This document shows, piece after piece, positions 49,108 through 58,927 of a stretch of DNA of 64,000 nucleotides. The translations under genes and the position numbers were made by a program. The first letter of the stretch is position 1. Each line of letters opens with the position of its first letter. The notes beneath the pieces are model-generated. The model had not been told where the DNA came from, did no database searches, and worked only from the letters and a program-made list of their open reading frames with translations. Source of the DNA: an uncultured Bacteriovoracaceae bacterium (GTDB lineage: Bacteria; Bdellovibrionota; UBA1018); the NCBI GenBank assembly GCA_964363305.1, contig CAYIHX010000019.1:2065-66064 (forward strand), written 5' to 3'.

Positions 49108-51837
49108 GTGAATTCAAATCAGACGCTTTCCTTTCAAATTGGCCAATGTTGGATCAGCGAGGGCGAACCCGATCTCGGCGTCGGCTTCGTGCGCGTGGTC
49201 GATGCGACCTCCGTCGCGATCGAGTTTCCGTCGGCGACGCAGGCGCGTATGTATCGCAAGAAGACCGCACCTCTTCGGCGTCTTGAGTTTCGCGCTGGCG
49301 ATCGAATTACCCCGTCCTCGGGCGATCCCTTCTTGCTCGAGCGCGTTGAAGTTCGTGAAAATGTTTTTTGGTATATTGGGCCTGAGGGGCAGGAGCTGTG
49401 CGAGAGTGCATTGTCTTCCCGGTTGGCTTTTCATCGCCCTCTCGAGCGCTTCGTGGCCGGTCAATGGGACCCGCTTGCTGCCTACGTTCTTCGTCACCGT
49501 ACCTTGCGCCATCGGCATGAAAATTCGAGTTCACCTGCCCGAGGTTTGATCGGTCCGCGCGCGTTGCTGTTGCCGCATCAGCTCTACGTCGCGAACGAGA
49601 TCAGCTCCCGAGGGCTACCGCGGGCTTTGCTGGCCGATGAGGTCGGGCTTGGGAAAACGATCGAAGCGGCATGGATTCTTCATCGCCTACTTCTCACAGG
49701 CCGCATTCGGCGGGTCTTGATCATCGTACCTGAAGCACTGGTCAATCAATGGTTTGTGGAGCTGTTTAAGCGGTTCAATCTTTCGTTTTGGGTGCCGGAG
49801 TCGGTCACGGCGGAAAATCTGGTCGAGCAGGCGCAGGTTATTTTGAGTCTGGAATCCCTTGCGCGGCTACAAGCCCAGGGGGTGTTGGACGACGCGAGTT
49901 GGGATCTGATCATCGTCGATGAGGCGCACCGAGTCGGAGGGATGGAAGGAAGCCCGAGCGTTGAGTATCAGATCATCCAAAATCTTTCGCTTCAGGCTCC
50001 TGGGCTGTTGCTGCTTACCGCGACGCCTGAGTTGCTCGGTATTGAGGGGCATTTTTCGCGGCTTCATCTGTTGGACCCTCACCGCTTTTCGTCGCTTGCC
50101 GCTTTTCGCGAGGAGCATGAGCGGTACCAAGGTATTGCGCGACTCGCTCGCGAGTTGCTGGGCGAAAAAGCGCTCTCGCCCAAGACCTCTCGCGAGCTTA
50201 AAAAGCTTCTAGACGGAAAAATCACGGCATCCGCCCTGTTGGATACCGAAACCGCCGAGGGGCGCCGCATCGTTGCGTTAGCGTTAGTCGACTACTACGG
50301 TACCGGCCGCGTCTACTTTCGAAATTCACGTGCCGTGGTCGAACTTGAGGATTTCTCGTTCCCTAAGCGCATTTTGCTGAAGCATCCGCTCAAGAACAAA
50401 AAAGGCGAGAGTTTAGCAGCCGCGCTCACGCGCTGGCTTGCGGAGTTTGCACGTGAAAATCGTGCGCAAAAGACGCTCCTCATCTGTGCTTCAGCCAAAA
50501 AAGCGGTGGAATGGGAGCGAAAGCTCCGGGACGACTTTGGTTTGAAGGCGGTCGCGTTTCATGAGGATCTCTCGCTTCTCGCTCGAGATCGGAATGCGGC
50601 CTATTTCGCGGATCCGGAAGGGGCCTCCATTCTCTTGTGTTCGGAGATCGGAGGCGAGGGCAGAAACTTTCAGCAAGCGACGCATTTGATTCTTCTCGAT
50701 CTCCCCGAGGATCCGGATGTCCTCGAGCAGCGGATTGGGCGTCTCGACCGGATCGGCCAGGGTTCGGACATTATGATCCATGTGCCTTATTTCTCGGGGG
50801 AGCGCGAAGAGTACCTCCTGCGGTGGCATGAAGAAGTCTTTGATGGTTTTCGTGCGCCGCCGAAGGGGGGGCGTGAAATTTACGAACGCTACCGGGAAGG
50901 TCTTTCCACTCAAAAATCTTTCGACTCGATTCTGGCGGCGGCCAGCGCGGATTACCAGGTCTTCTTGACAAAAATTGAAGCGGGTCGTGACTGCTTGATC
51001 GAATTGAATTCGTTTGATCCGATCGCGGCGCCTCGATTGGCTCGTTTCGTTGGGCAAGCCGAAACTACGGATGTCCTGCGCGCCTATGTCGAGGAGCTTT
51101 TCGAGGCCCTGGGGATCGTCTCGGACGATCTCGATGCCCACTCGATGTTTGTCGATCCGGGGCACAGCAAGTACGCCGGGTATCTTCCGGGCCTCCGGTC
51201 GGAAGGGATGAGCTTCACCTTTTCGCGCGAGCAGGCCCTGCGACGCGATGACTTGGGTCTTCTCACCTGGGATCATCCCCTGATTCAGGGAGCTCTTGAG
51301 TCGATTGCCCATCAGGAGTTTGGAAATGTAGCGATCGGTGCCTGGGCCCAGCCGCTCCTGCTGATCGAATCGATCTTTGTGGCGGAACCCGTTGCGGCAC
51401 TGCCGCAGTGGTATTCGGAGGAGTTTTTCCCGCCGACGCCGATTCGGATTGTGCTGGAGGCCACCGGCCGGGATCTGACTTCGGAGTGGGAGGGTGAGAA
51501 GCTTCAGAGCGCCCTAGTGTCACTGCCTCCGGCGTTGGTCCCGATGGTACGTCGGATTCCAAGCGAAAGAATTCGAGGGTTGCTGCGAAAGGCGCAGGCG
51601 CAGGCGGAGAAGGCTTGCGCAAAAATTCGAGTCGAGGCTGAGGCGAAAATGGCCGCCGCTATCGATGCGGAGATTGGACGGCTACGGGCGCTCCAGGGAA
51701 AGAATCGCCTCGTGAATGAGGGGGAGCTCTCGTGGTGGCTGACGCGCAGAGAGCAACTTCGTCAATCCTACTCGGGAGCGCAGACCCGGCTGGATTCCTT
51801 TCTGCTCGTGGTTCCTGCTCAGCTCGGGGGTTGTTGA
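49108..51837 (+). CDS. rapA: RNA polymerase-associated SNF2 ATPase RapA/HepA
   Basis: GQCWIS.GEP.LG, LLADEVGLGKT, DEAH, CSEIGGEGRNFQ, LEQRIGRLDRIGQ. Confidence 0.95.
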   Translation: MNSNQTLSFQIGQCWISEGEPDLGVGFVRVVDATSVAIEFPSATQARMYRKKTAPLRRLEFRAGDRITPSSGDPFLLERVEVRENVFWYIGPEGQELCESALSSRLAFHRPLERFVAGQWDPLAAYVLRHRTLRHRHENSSSPARGLIGPRALLLPHQLYVANEISSRGLPRALLADEVGLGKTIEAAWILHRLLLTGRIRRVLIIVPEALVNQWFVELFKRFNLSFWVPESVTAENLVEQAQVILSLESLARLQAQGVLDDASWDLIIVDEAHRVGGMEGSPSVEYQIIQNLSLQAPGLLLLTATPELLGIEGHFSRLHLLDPHRFSSLAAFREEHERYQGIARLARELLGEKALSPKTSRELKKLLDGKITASALLDTETAEGRRIVALALVDYYGTGRVYFRNSRAVVELEDFSFPKRILLKHPLKNKKGESLAAALTRWLAEFARENRAQKTLLICASAKKAVEWERKLRDDFGLKAVAFHEDLSLLARDRNAAYFADPEGASILLCSEIGGEGRNFQQATHLILLDLPEDPDVLEQRIGRLDRIGQGSDIMIHVPYFSGEREEYLLRWHEEVFDGFRAPPKGGREIYERYREGLSTQKSFDSILAAASADYQVFLTKIEAGRDCLIELNSFDPIAAPRLARFVGQAETTDVLRAYVEELFEALGIVSDDLDAHSMFVDPGHSKYAGYLPGLRSEGMSFTFSREQALRRDDLGLLTWDHPLIQGALESIAHQEFGNVAIGAWAQPLLLIESIFVAEPVAALPQWYSEEFFPPTPIRIVLEATGRDLTSEWEGEKLQSALVSLPPALVPMVRRIPSERIRGLLRKAQAQAEKACAKIRVEAEAKMAAAIDAEIGRLRALQGKNRLVNEGELSWWLTRREQLRQSYSGAQTRLDSFLLVVPAQLGGC

Positions 51838-51845
51838 GGGCAATT

Positions 51846-52194
51846 AAATTTGTTACAAACGAAGGCATGTGCGCCAAGTCTATTGCCGTTGGGTTTCTGC
51901 TTCTTGTTTTCCCCTCGGCTTTCGCGGCGCCCCCTCCATCGAGGTCCACGGAGCAGAGGAGCCGGGTGGACCCGACCGGTGACGACGTCCCGGAAGTCAA
52001 AGTGATTGATCCGCGCTCATTGCAACCCGCTCAAGTCGGAGGGCAGGGGCCCGGAACCTCGTCATCGGTCGCGGTGGGTGTACAGTTTCCTATCGAGAGT
52101 AAAAATGGCCGACGCAAGGATACCAGAACCGTCTCGGGCCCGGTCGCCCCAGCTCCTTTGCGAGATAATAAATAAGGTTTGAATTGCTACTGAA
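51846..52194 (+). repeat. Diverged direct repeat, copy A (pairs with 57031-57370)
   Basis: Shared upstream AAATTYGTTAYAAACGAAG, coding region and downstream GGTTTGAATTGYTACTGAA. Confidence 0.92.
51867..52175 (+). CDS. Small secreted hypothetical protein, copy A
   Basis: Signal peptide; IDPRSLQPAQVGGQGP...VGVQFPIE conserved in copy B. Confidence 0.75.
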   Translation: MCAKSIAVGFLLLVFPSAFAAPPPSRSTEQRSRVDPTGDDVPEVKVIDPRSLQPAQVGGQGPGTSSSVAVGVQFPIESKNGRRKDTRTVSGPVAPAPLRDNK

Positions 52195-52373
52195 TACAAA
52201 AATGGTTGGAGTGACGTCGGAGCAGGCGAATCGTTGGTCGGGTCCCAACCCGGTAACCGCTTGAGCTGGCACTTGAGCGGGTTCGATTTCATAGCCCCCC
52301 CCCATCGCATAGCATGAGCCGGAGTTGACCAGCCAGATTCGATCAACTAGCTCACCCTCAACAGGAGTCTCCC

Positions 52374-52769
52374 ATGAAGAAATTATTCGCATTTGTTTTA
52401 CTGTCCTTGATGTCCATCCAAGCCCAGGCCGCGGTCATCGTTGGCGAAAATTACGAAGGCCTTCCGGTGAGTGTCTGGCTGAATGCCGAGGGCAAGGTGG
52501 CAAGCGACACGGGCATCACGACGATCAAGGACTTCGGCATCTCCGACAGCATCATCATAAATCCGTGCTACAAGGGCACTGAGACTGAGGTTCGGAACCT
52601 TCTTGAGCAGTTGGTGAGCGCTGCTGATGGAGATGGCGATTCTTGGTCTGAACTTCATGGAATCCGCTGCGCACGAAACAAGACCTTAACCGTGAGTTTT
52701 ACCATCACGGACGAGGGTGGCGAACACAAAGAAGAAGTCCGCGTTCCACGCTGCAATGTGACTTTATAA
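52374..52769 (+). CDS. Secreted hypothetical protein
   Basis: AGGAG RBS; MKKLFAF...AQA signal peptide. Confidence 0.75.
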   Translation: MKKLFAFVLLSLMSIQAQAAVIVGENYEGLPVSVWLNAEGKVASDTGITTIKDFGISDSIIINPCYKGTETEVRNLLEQLVSAADGDGDSWSELHGIRCARNKTLTVSFTITDEGGEHKEEVRVPRCNVTL

Positions 52770-52853
52770 AAACCGCCTTACTGATTCTGGGCTCTTCCCC
52801 GGTCGGCCCGGGCCGAGTGGCTAAACCGGTGCTGGAGTCGATCGTCAGAGTCC

Positions 52854-52971
52854 TCACTTCTCGACGATTGAGCGGCCCATATTCCAGTAGAGCGCAAGAA
52901 GTTCACGGTTGGCTGCGAACATGGCCCTTGTTTGGGCCGCTGCCACCCGCGTCTTAATTAGAAATTAGAAA
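52854..52971 (-). pseudogene. Remnant of a DUF1016/YhcG N-terminus
   Basis: IKTRVAAAQTRAMFAANRELLALYWNMGRSIVEK*, homologous to the intact gene at about 58545-58660. Confidence 0.85.
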
Positions 52972-53087
52972 CTGCCCCGGCGGCGCTTTCCCCTGGAGTC
53001 CACGATCAAGGGCGTTGACTACTATTCTGCGAACGTGGCTATCGTCGCAGGGTAAGAAAGAAAGCGAATTTATGAAGACAAACGAAG

Positions 53088-53801
53088 TCACCTTGCATGG
53101 GTAAACTGCACATCAAGCTCAATGCTCTCTACCAGCGGATTCCTGGACAACCGCGCGATGGCCTCAGAGGTGGCCATCATGATGTAATGCGCGCGGCTCT
53201 GACGAATCAGCCGGGCACCGGGAACGAGTATGCGAGCTGAGGCCGCTACGATGACACGATGCTGTTGCGCTGCGCGCTCGGCAATCACTTCTGCGGGGGT
53301 ACCGGGAGCATAGGAGAAAAGAGCCTTCACCGCTTCACTCAGCTTCGCGGTATCAGGGGTCACGCCAGAAGGCAGACAATCCATTACGTCAGTTGGGCCG
53401 CTCAAATCCTCGACCGGATCGTGGGCGTAGTACAGCATCTGGACGGTGCCATCCTCGCTCTGGACGATCTTGACGTGACGAGATCCTTGTGACGCTCGAG
53501 ACGTTCCGCAAACCCAGAGCAGGCTACCGCTTTCGCCTCTCCTGCAGAGCAGAGTTTCCTCTACCCTCGGAGACACATCAAACCGGCCGTAGCGCCCTTC
53601 GAATTGATCAGTCGATGGATCGCCCGTCGAAAAGTTAGTTTGATACACGACAAAATAGCGCCCGGTGTCGCCACCGGCTTGATCAACGACACAGGAGACC
53701 TCAGGAAGAGGCTTCGGGCCGCCACTGATGATCGGTCCCGCGAAGGTAGTCGCGCCAGGGAGAGTTGCCCACAATAGAATCAGAGCCTTTTTCATCATCA
53801 T
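53088..53801 (-). CDS. Secreted protein with a C-terminal inhibitor-I9/propeptide-like segment
   Basis: Signal peptide; SEAIARLSRNPLVESIELD. Confidence 0.65.
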   Translation of the reverse strand: MMMKKALILLWATLPGATTFAGPIISGGPKPLPEVSCVVDQAGGDTGRYFVVYQTNFSTGDPSTDQFEGRYGRFDVSPRVEETLLCRRGESGSLLWVCGTSRASQGSRHVKIVQSEDGTVQMLYYAHDPVEDLSGPTDVMDCLPSGVTPDTAKLSEAVKALFSYAPGTPAEVIAERAAQQHRVIVAASARILVPGARLIRQSRAHYIMMATSEAIARLSRNPLVESIELDVQFTHAR

Positions 53802-53941
53802 AAAAATTCTTACGCTTTCGTTAGGTCCGTTTGATTTCTTGCCTAGAGGACTTGTACGTTCACATGACGCACATTGGTATATATTTAATATAAAAAATTA
53901 CAGTACGAGATAAATAAAAAATATAGTAATCACCCCCAACC

Positions 53942-54748
53942 ATGACGGACCCCTTTAAATACATAAGCTACAAAGGCTTTCTTCAGGACCTCGTGAAATT
54001 CCGCGAGGAACGAGGGCAGACCCGGGCGGAATTGGCAAAAGCGATGGGCTGCCAAGCCGCTTATTTTTCCCAGGTCCTGAAGGCGAAGGCCGATCTTACC
54101 GAAGATCACGGGATTAAACTGTGTCGGCACCTCAAGTTGAACGCAGCGGAGACGGAATACTTCCTGCTCATTCTTCGACTCTCAAGAGCCGGCACCCAGG
54201 CTCTTTCGGAGTATCTCGAAGAGCAACGGCTCAAACTTAAAAAAACACACGACGAGATCGAAGGGCGGGTTCAGTCCCGGAAGAACCGGTGGACGACCGA
54301 ACGTGAAATCTACTACTGCTCCTCCTGGATTCCTTCGACTCTGCATACGGCGACCAGCTGCGAATCCTATCAAACCGTCTCAACGCTTTCGCGGCGTTTC
54401 GATCTCGATCCAAGCCTCGTAGAGGGCCACTTGCATGCATTAGAGAAATTCGGACTCATTCAATTCAACGAGGGTCGCTGGATCTTTCAAGGCGCTTCGA
54501 TGCATTTTCCGAAAAACACCCCGCTCGACCAAGCCTTTCAACTCAATCACCGCGTACACGCGATGCACGCCTTGGCCGCAAAAAAAGAAGAGGAGATCCA
54601 CTATGCGGCGGTCTTTGCCGCAGATCGCAAGACGTTCATTAGAATCCGCGAACTCCTGTTGAAGACCGTGGAGAACACACACAAAGTGGCGGAGCCCGCT
54701 CCATGCGAAGAAATCTATTCAATCTGCCTTGATTTTTTTCGAACCTAA
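53942..54748 (+). CDS. TIGR02147-like HTH protein
   Basis: FKYISYKGFL, LAKAMGCQAAYFSQVL, EYFLL, YYCSSW, EIYSICLDFF. Confidence 0.88.
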   Translation: MTDPFKYISYKGFLQDLVKFREERGQTRAELAKAMGCQAAYFSQVLKAKADLTEDHGIKLCRHLKLNAAETEYFLLILRLSRAGTQALSEYLEEQRLKLKKTHDEIEGRVQSRKNRWTTEREIYYCSSWIPSTLHTATSCESYQTVSTLSRRFDLDPSLVEGHLHALEKFGLIQFNEGRWIFQGASMHFPKNTPLDQAFQLNHRVHAMHALAAKKEEEIHYAAVFAADRKTFIRIRELLLKTVENTHKVAEPAPCEEIYSICLDFFRT

Positions 54749-54940
54749 TGAGGTTCGCGTGTTCCATCTCTCTGAAATTCGTTGGTCCAGCACGCTTGGC
54801 AGACTGAATTCATTCAGGCCATGGCGAATTTTTAGAAGGCTGATGGACCCTCTGATGCTGCTTTCCGCCGTAGGAACATCGTCATGCTAAAACAGCAAAG
54901 TATGGCGGACCGATTACGAGCCCGCCTCCTGAACGGATGC

Positions 54941-55336
54941 TCAGTATACGAAGTGGGCCTCAACCAGGAGGGGATTTGCGACGGTCATGGTTGCGTTGGC
55001 TTCGATAGCCTCGGTGGACAGCGTGAATTCTTCGTCATGGGCCACGATCTCGCAGGTGTCCGCTACCGTTTGTACCACGGAGATGGCCTGGTGGGCGCGA
55101 CCGGCCGAGCGTCCGGCAAGACGTTTTACTTGGAGTTGAAACGATCCACGATCGGCGCAAGCCACTGTTGCCCGGAAAGTTATGCGGGTCGTCGGAGTAC
55201 GGAGGGCGCCTGGGCCTGGCATCATATCTCCGGATTGAACGACCGATGTGATGAGAATGGGGGGGAGGGTGGCATGGGCGGTCGAAACCGCGAAAGCGGA
55301 GGCGAGGACAAAGCAAGACAACGTGTGGAACAACAT
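54941..55336 (-). CDS. Small secreted hypothetical protein
   Basis: AAGGAG RBS; signal peptide ending AHA; VANPL tail. Confidence 0.7.
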   Translation of the reverse strand: MLFHTLSCFVLASAFAVSTAHATLPPILITSVVQSGDMMPGPGALRTPTTRITFRATVACADRGSFQLQVKRLAGRSAGRAHQAISVVQTVADTCEIVAHDEEFTLSTEAIEANATMTVANPLLVEAHFVY

Positions 55337-55556
55337 GAGGGGCTCCTTTCAAGAGTTCGGTTTCCGCTATCAGCGTTTCATTGCGATTGGAACCGCTCCT
55401 GAGCTTCTTGCGCAGCCTGAGATAAAATCGGGCTGATTCACGAAACCTCTCTTTCCATCAACTCAAGAATCGATGAAAAGAAGAAAATGCTTCCCCGGTT
55501 GACTCAATTTCTTAGAATTTCGAGGGGGCGAGTCCTGCAAGAAAGAAAGCGAATTT

Positions 55557-55799
55557 ATGAAAAGCAAATTGGAAAAACTGACGTCGAAAGAGATCGAAGC
55601 CATCACGCGGAAGACGAGGAGGAAGAGCAATGTTCCACTGGTGGTTTCCAAACCAACCCAGATCTCCCTTGATGAAGAGTTGAATGCAAAGATTGAAGTT
55701 CTATCGACCGCGCAGGGCGTGCCTGCGAAAACGTTTGTTACTACGCTACTCAAGGAAGATATCGCTCGCCTTTGGAAGATTTACAGGAAGGCAGTATAG
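55557..55799 (+). CDS. Ribbon-helix-helix (CopG/antitoxin-like) protein
   Basis: KPTQISLDEELNAKIEVLSTAQGVPAKTFVTTLLKE. Confidence 0.65.
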   Translation: MKSKLEKLTSKEIEAITRKTRRKSNVPLVVSKPTQISLDEELNAKIEVLSTAQGVPAKTFVTTLLKEDIARLWKIYRKAV

Positions 55800-55847
55800 C
55801 TAGGACGGATTTGACATGAGTGCGCGGTTCAAGCCGCCGGTACGGAG

Positions 55848-56594
55848 TCAAAGTGCGAGCTGGGTCTGAATCCATTCCGCATGAGCCGGAATAGGCAGAA
55901 TTCTCATTTCAGTGGCGTAATCGCATTCCTGGGATCGGTCACGCGGCGCTGTGAGCGCTCCTCCTATAATTCCAATCAATTCAAACTCACCCCGCTCATT
56001 CTGTAGATAGACAGCGCCGCCGCTATCCCCGGGACAACCGAACTGATTTTCAGGTCCCGGTTCGGCGGCAAGGATTGGCCATTGTCCTGAAAAGCGCGAG
56101 TTAGGTTGCGCCCTAAAGTATTGGGTGAGCGTCACTGTTCCAAAAAGCTTGCGGCCGAAAACCCCGGCATCGCTATTTGGACCGTACCCGACGACATTCG
56201 CTAGGGTCGGTAGAGTTTCCCAGTTGTGAGCGAGGGGTTGGGCTCGAAATCCCGAAGCGGCTTTCGAAAGCGAAACGATGGCTAGGTCGCCATCGGCGTA
56301 GGGGGAAAGGATAGCGACTGAATCAGCCAGAATATGTTCTTTCAGGGACCCGTCCGGTTGAGTGAGCATAAAAGGTAGGCGTTTGATTTCCTCTGGACCA
56401 TAAGGCTTTACGCAATGGGCAGCTGTGAGAACGCGATTCGGAGCCACGAGCACACCGGAGCATCCGTGCCCGAGGCGGCCAACATTGGGAAAGTCATTGG
56501 ACCCCGCGAGTTCGCCGTTTCGAACTGCGAGGGCCTGGCTACTCCCCCCGATCGCTAGCAGACATAAAAGGCTAGTGGGTACACGTGTTCTCAT
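55848..56594 (-). CDS. Secreted trypsin-like S1 protease
   Basis: CSGVLV, LTAAHC, GDLAI, GDSGG; start MRTRVP. Confidence 0.92.
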   Translation of the reverse strand: MRTRVPTSLLCLLAIGGSSQALAVRNGELAGSNDFPNVGRLGHGCSGVLVAPNRVLTAAHCVKPYGPEEIKRLPFMLTQPDGSLKEHILADSVAILSPYADGDLAIVSLSKAASGFRAQPLAHNWETLPTLANVVGYGPNSDAGVFGRKLFGTVTLTQYFRAQPNSRFSGQWPILAAEPGPENQFGCPGDSGGAVYLQNERGEFELIGIIGGALTAPRDRSQECDYATEMRILPIPAHAEWIQTQLAL

Positions 56595-56619
56595 GGCCCC
56601 GAGTCCTAGTTGATTATCC

Positions 56620-56967
56620 CTTTCTGGGCAACGGCGTAATGCAGGAAATATTTTCAAATCTCCTGATCCTCTCCCTGACGGCAGCGACGATAACGGCGGT
56701 CGTGGAGGAGGACGCCATGGATGCCGAGGTGGAACTTCCCAGCTTTAAGAGCGCGGCGGAAGTGATTCGCCACAACCTGCTTTCCGTCATCAGAAAGTTG
56801 ATGAAGCGGATACAGGATGAGGGGCGAGCAGTGACTTACAAAATCCGTCCCGAGCGGAGCTACGCACGGGTCTCCATGCAGCCGATCCAGTCCTGGAATC
56901 TCAAGAAGTCGGCCAAGATCGCGGCCTTCCAGAAAAGGCCGGAAACGCGCTTATCCGGACGCCATTG
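56620..56967 (+). mobile_element. IS4-family remnant: transposase C-terminus plus right inverted repeat
   Basis: NGVMQEIFSNLL...KIRPERSYAR; terminal CTTATCCGGACGCCATTG (56950-56967) resembles IS4-type ends. Confidence 0.65.
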
Positions 56968-57030
56968 GCTCTAGCTCATTTCGGCGGTATGGCGGTCGGG
57001 GCGAACGAAATAAGTTGGGGTTCATGGCTG

Positions 57031-57370
57031 AAATTCGTTATAAACGAAGTCATGCTTCAGTCCATCGCGGTTGGGTTTCTAGTTCTACCCTCGGGTTTCG
57101 CGGCGCCAGCTCCATCGGCATCGACGGTGCGGAAGAGTCAGGTGGATCAGCCTAATGAAAGTGTTCCGGAGGTCAAAGGGATTGATCCACGTTCGTTGCA
57201 ACCCGCGCAAGTCGGAGGGCAGGGACCGAGGACGTCGTCCTCGATCGCGGTGGGCGTGCAGTTTCCTATCGAGGGCAAAAGGGGCCGACGCAAGGATACC
57301 AGAACGGTCTCGGGCCCTGACGCCCCTGTCCCTTTGCGAGATCATAAATAGGGTTTGAATTGTTACTGAA
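57031..57370 (+). repeat. Diverged direct repeat, copy B
   Basis: See copy A at 51846-52194. Confidence 0.92.
57052..57351 (+). CDS. Small secreted hypothetical protein, copy B
   Basis: Paralog of 51867-52175. Confidence 0.75.
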   Translation: MLQSIAVGFLVLPSGFAAPAPSASTVRKSQVDQPNESVPEVKGIDPRSLQPAQVGGQGPRTSSSIAVGVQFPIEGKRGRRKDTRTVSGPDAPVPLRDHK

Positions 57371-57628
57371 AAGGTTAACCGGGCATCTGAACTCGTAACT
57401 GCTTGAATCCTAAGCGCCTGAAACGAAAAGACCCCACACAAATTTCACTGTGAGAGGTCCAAAAAAATGGTTGGACTGACTCACACTCCATTATTCCGCT
57501 TACTTGCGGCCCGATTTTTCCTATTGGTTGAGTTGTTGGAAAACCGACCGCGTCAAGCAAGCGAGAAAACACGAGGTTGGGTGGTTGATTTGAGAAAACT
57601 CGCGAAATGTCGAGAGATGAAGTGGTGT

Positions 57629-58741
57629 TCATTTTCTTTTTTTCCTGCTGAGTTCTTCTTCTAACTGCTTAACGGTTGGAAGGCTGGACTTCAGTTCTTT
57701 AGGTAACGATTCGACCAATCGAGTTTTCCATGCCGCGACCCCAATGGGTTTTGCGATGTCTTGCAGTGCGTAGTCGACTTCGACCTTGTCGTTTGATTTA
57801 CAGAGAAGTAGCCCGATGCTGGGTTGGTCATCTGGCCGCTTGAACTTGTCGTTGACTACTGAAAGATAGAAATTGAGCTTGCCCGCGAACTCCGGTTCAA
57901 ACGGAACTGCTTTCAATTCAATGACCACAAAGCAGCGAAGTGTCAGATGGTAAAAAAGCAAGTCGACGTAAAAGTCCTTCTTGCCGACCTTGAGATGAAC
58001 TTGGCGTCCCACGAACGCGAAACCCACACCGAGCTCAAGCAGGAACTTCTGGACGTGATCGACGAGCCCTTGTTCGAGTTCCTGCTCCTGGACCTCGGAA
58101 GCCAGGGTTAAAAAATCGAAAATATAGGGGTCTTTGAGCGATTGTTGGGCCATATCGGAATGCGACGGGGGAAGCGCCTTTTTAAAATTGGTGATCGCTT
58201 TTCCCTGTCTCGAAGCAAGCCCGTTTTCAATTTGGGTCACTAAAATGGCCCTGGACCATCCGTGCTTGAGAGCCATTTTTGCGTAAAAACTGCGTTCTTT
58301 TGGGGCTTTCACTGTTTCGACTAATACAACCTGGTGGCCCCAGGGTATTTCTGCCACAGCTTGTGGCAGAAATGGGCGGTTTGTCTTGGTGGCCGTGGGG
58401 CGTCCCGCTTTTGCTGGGTAAGCGAGATAAAATGCCCGCATTCGCCAGATGTTCCGCTCTGAAAAGCCTTCGACGCCTGGAAAGGCCTTTTTCATATCGG
58501 TCGCGAAACGCTCGATGACAGCGGATCCCCATTTTTCAGTTTTTTGTCTCTCAACGATGGAGCGACCAATATCCCAATAGAGGGCGAGCATCTCGCGATT
58601 GACCGCCAGTGTTGCCCGTGTTTGGGCCGCTGCCACCCGCGCCTTAATTTCAGATAGAAAAGTTGCGTAGCCGGAAACGGCACCCATTTCTGTCACAGGC
58701 CGTGGCAGAGTCTTTTTTTTTGTTGTATTGAGTTTTTTCAT
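57629..58741 (-). CDS. DUF1016/YhcG PD-(D/E)xK nuclease-domain protein
   Basis: LYWDIGRSI, GFSERNI, KDPYIFDFL, FLLELGVGFAFVGRQ, VVIELK. Confidence 0.95.
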   Translation of the reverse strand: MKKLNTTKKKTLPRPVTEMGAVSGYATFLSEIKARVAAAQTRATLAVNREMLALYWDIGRSIVERQKTEKWGSAVIERFATDMKKAFPGVEGFSERNIWRMRAFYLAYPAKAGRPTATKTNRPFLPQAVAEIPWGHQVVLVETVKAPKERSFYAKMALKHGWSRAILVTQIENGLASRQGKAITNFKKALPPSHSDMAQQSLKDPYIFDFLTLASEVQEQELEQGLVDHVQKFLLELGVGFAFVGRQVHLKVGKKDFYVDLLFYHLTLRCFVVIELKAVPFEPEFAGKLNFYLSVVNDKFKRPDDQPSIGLLLCKSNDKVEVDYALQDIAKPIGVAAWKTRLVESLPKELKSSLPTVKQLEEELSRKKRK

Positions 58742-58927
58742 TCTCGTTTGTACCTATCTCATGACACCAGGCGGGGAGTCACTCCTTCTTCCTATGATCG
58801 TAAAGACTGACCACTTTTTCCATCACGGCTTCCTCGGTCAGTATGAATCGTAGAACCTCAGTGGCACCGGCTTCGTCGATCCCGGCCAGGCGTATATAGA
58901 AGTTAACCGGCCAATTGGGATTTGGAA

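Noticed and set aside
51869-51878. GTGCGCCAAG identical to the intron 5' end
   Set aside because: A 10-nt match inside a coding start with no intron structure following; likely chance
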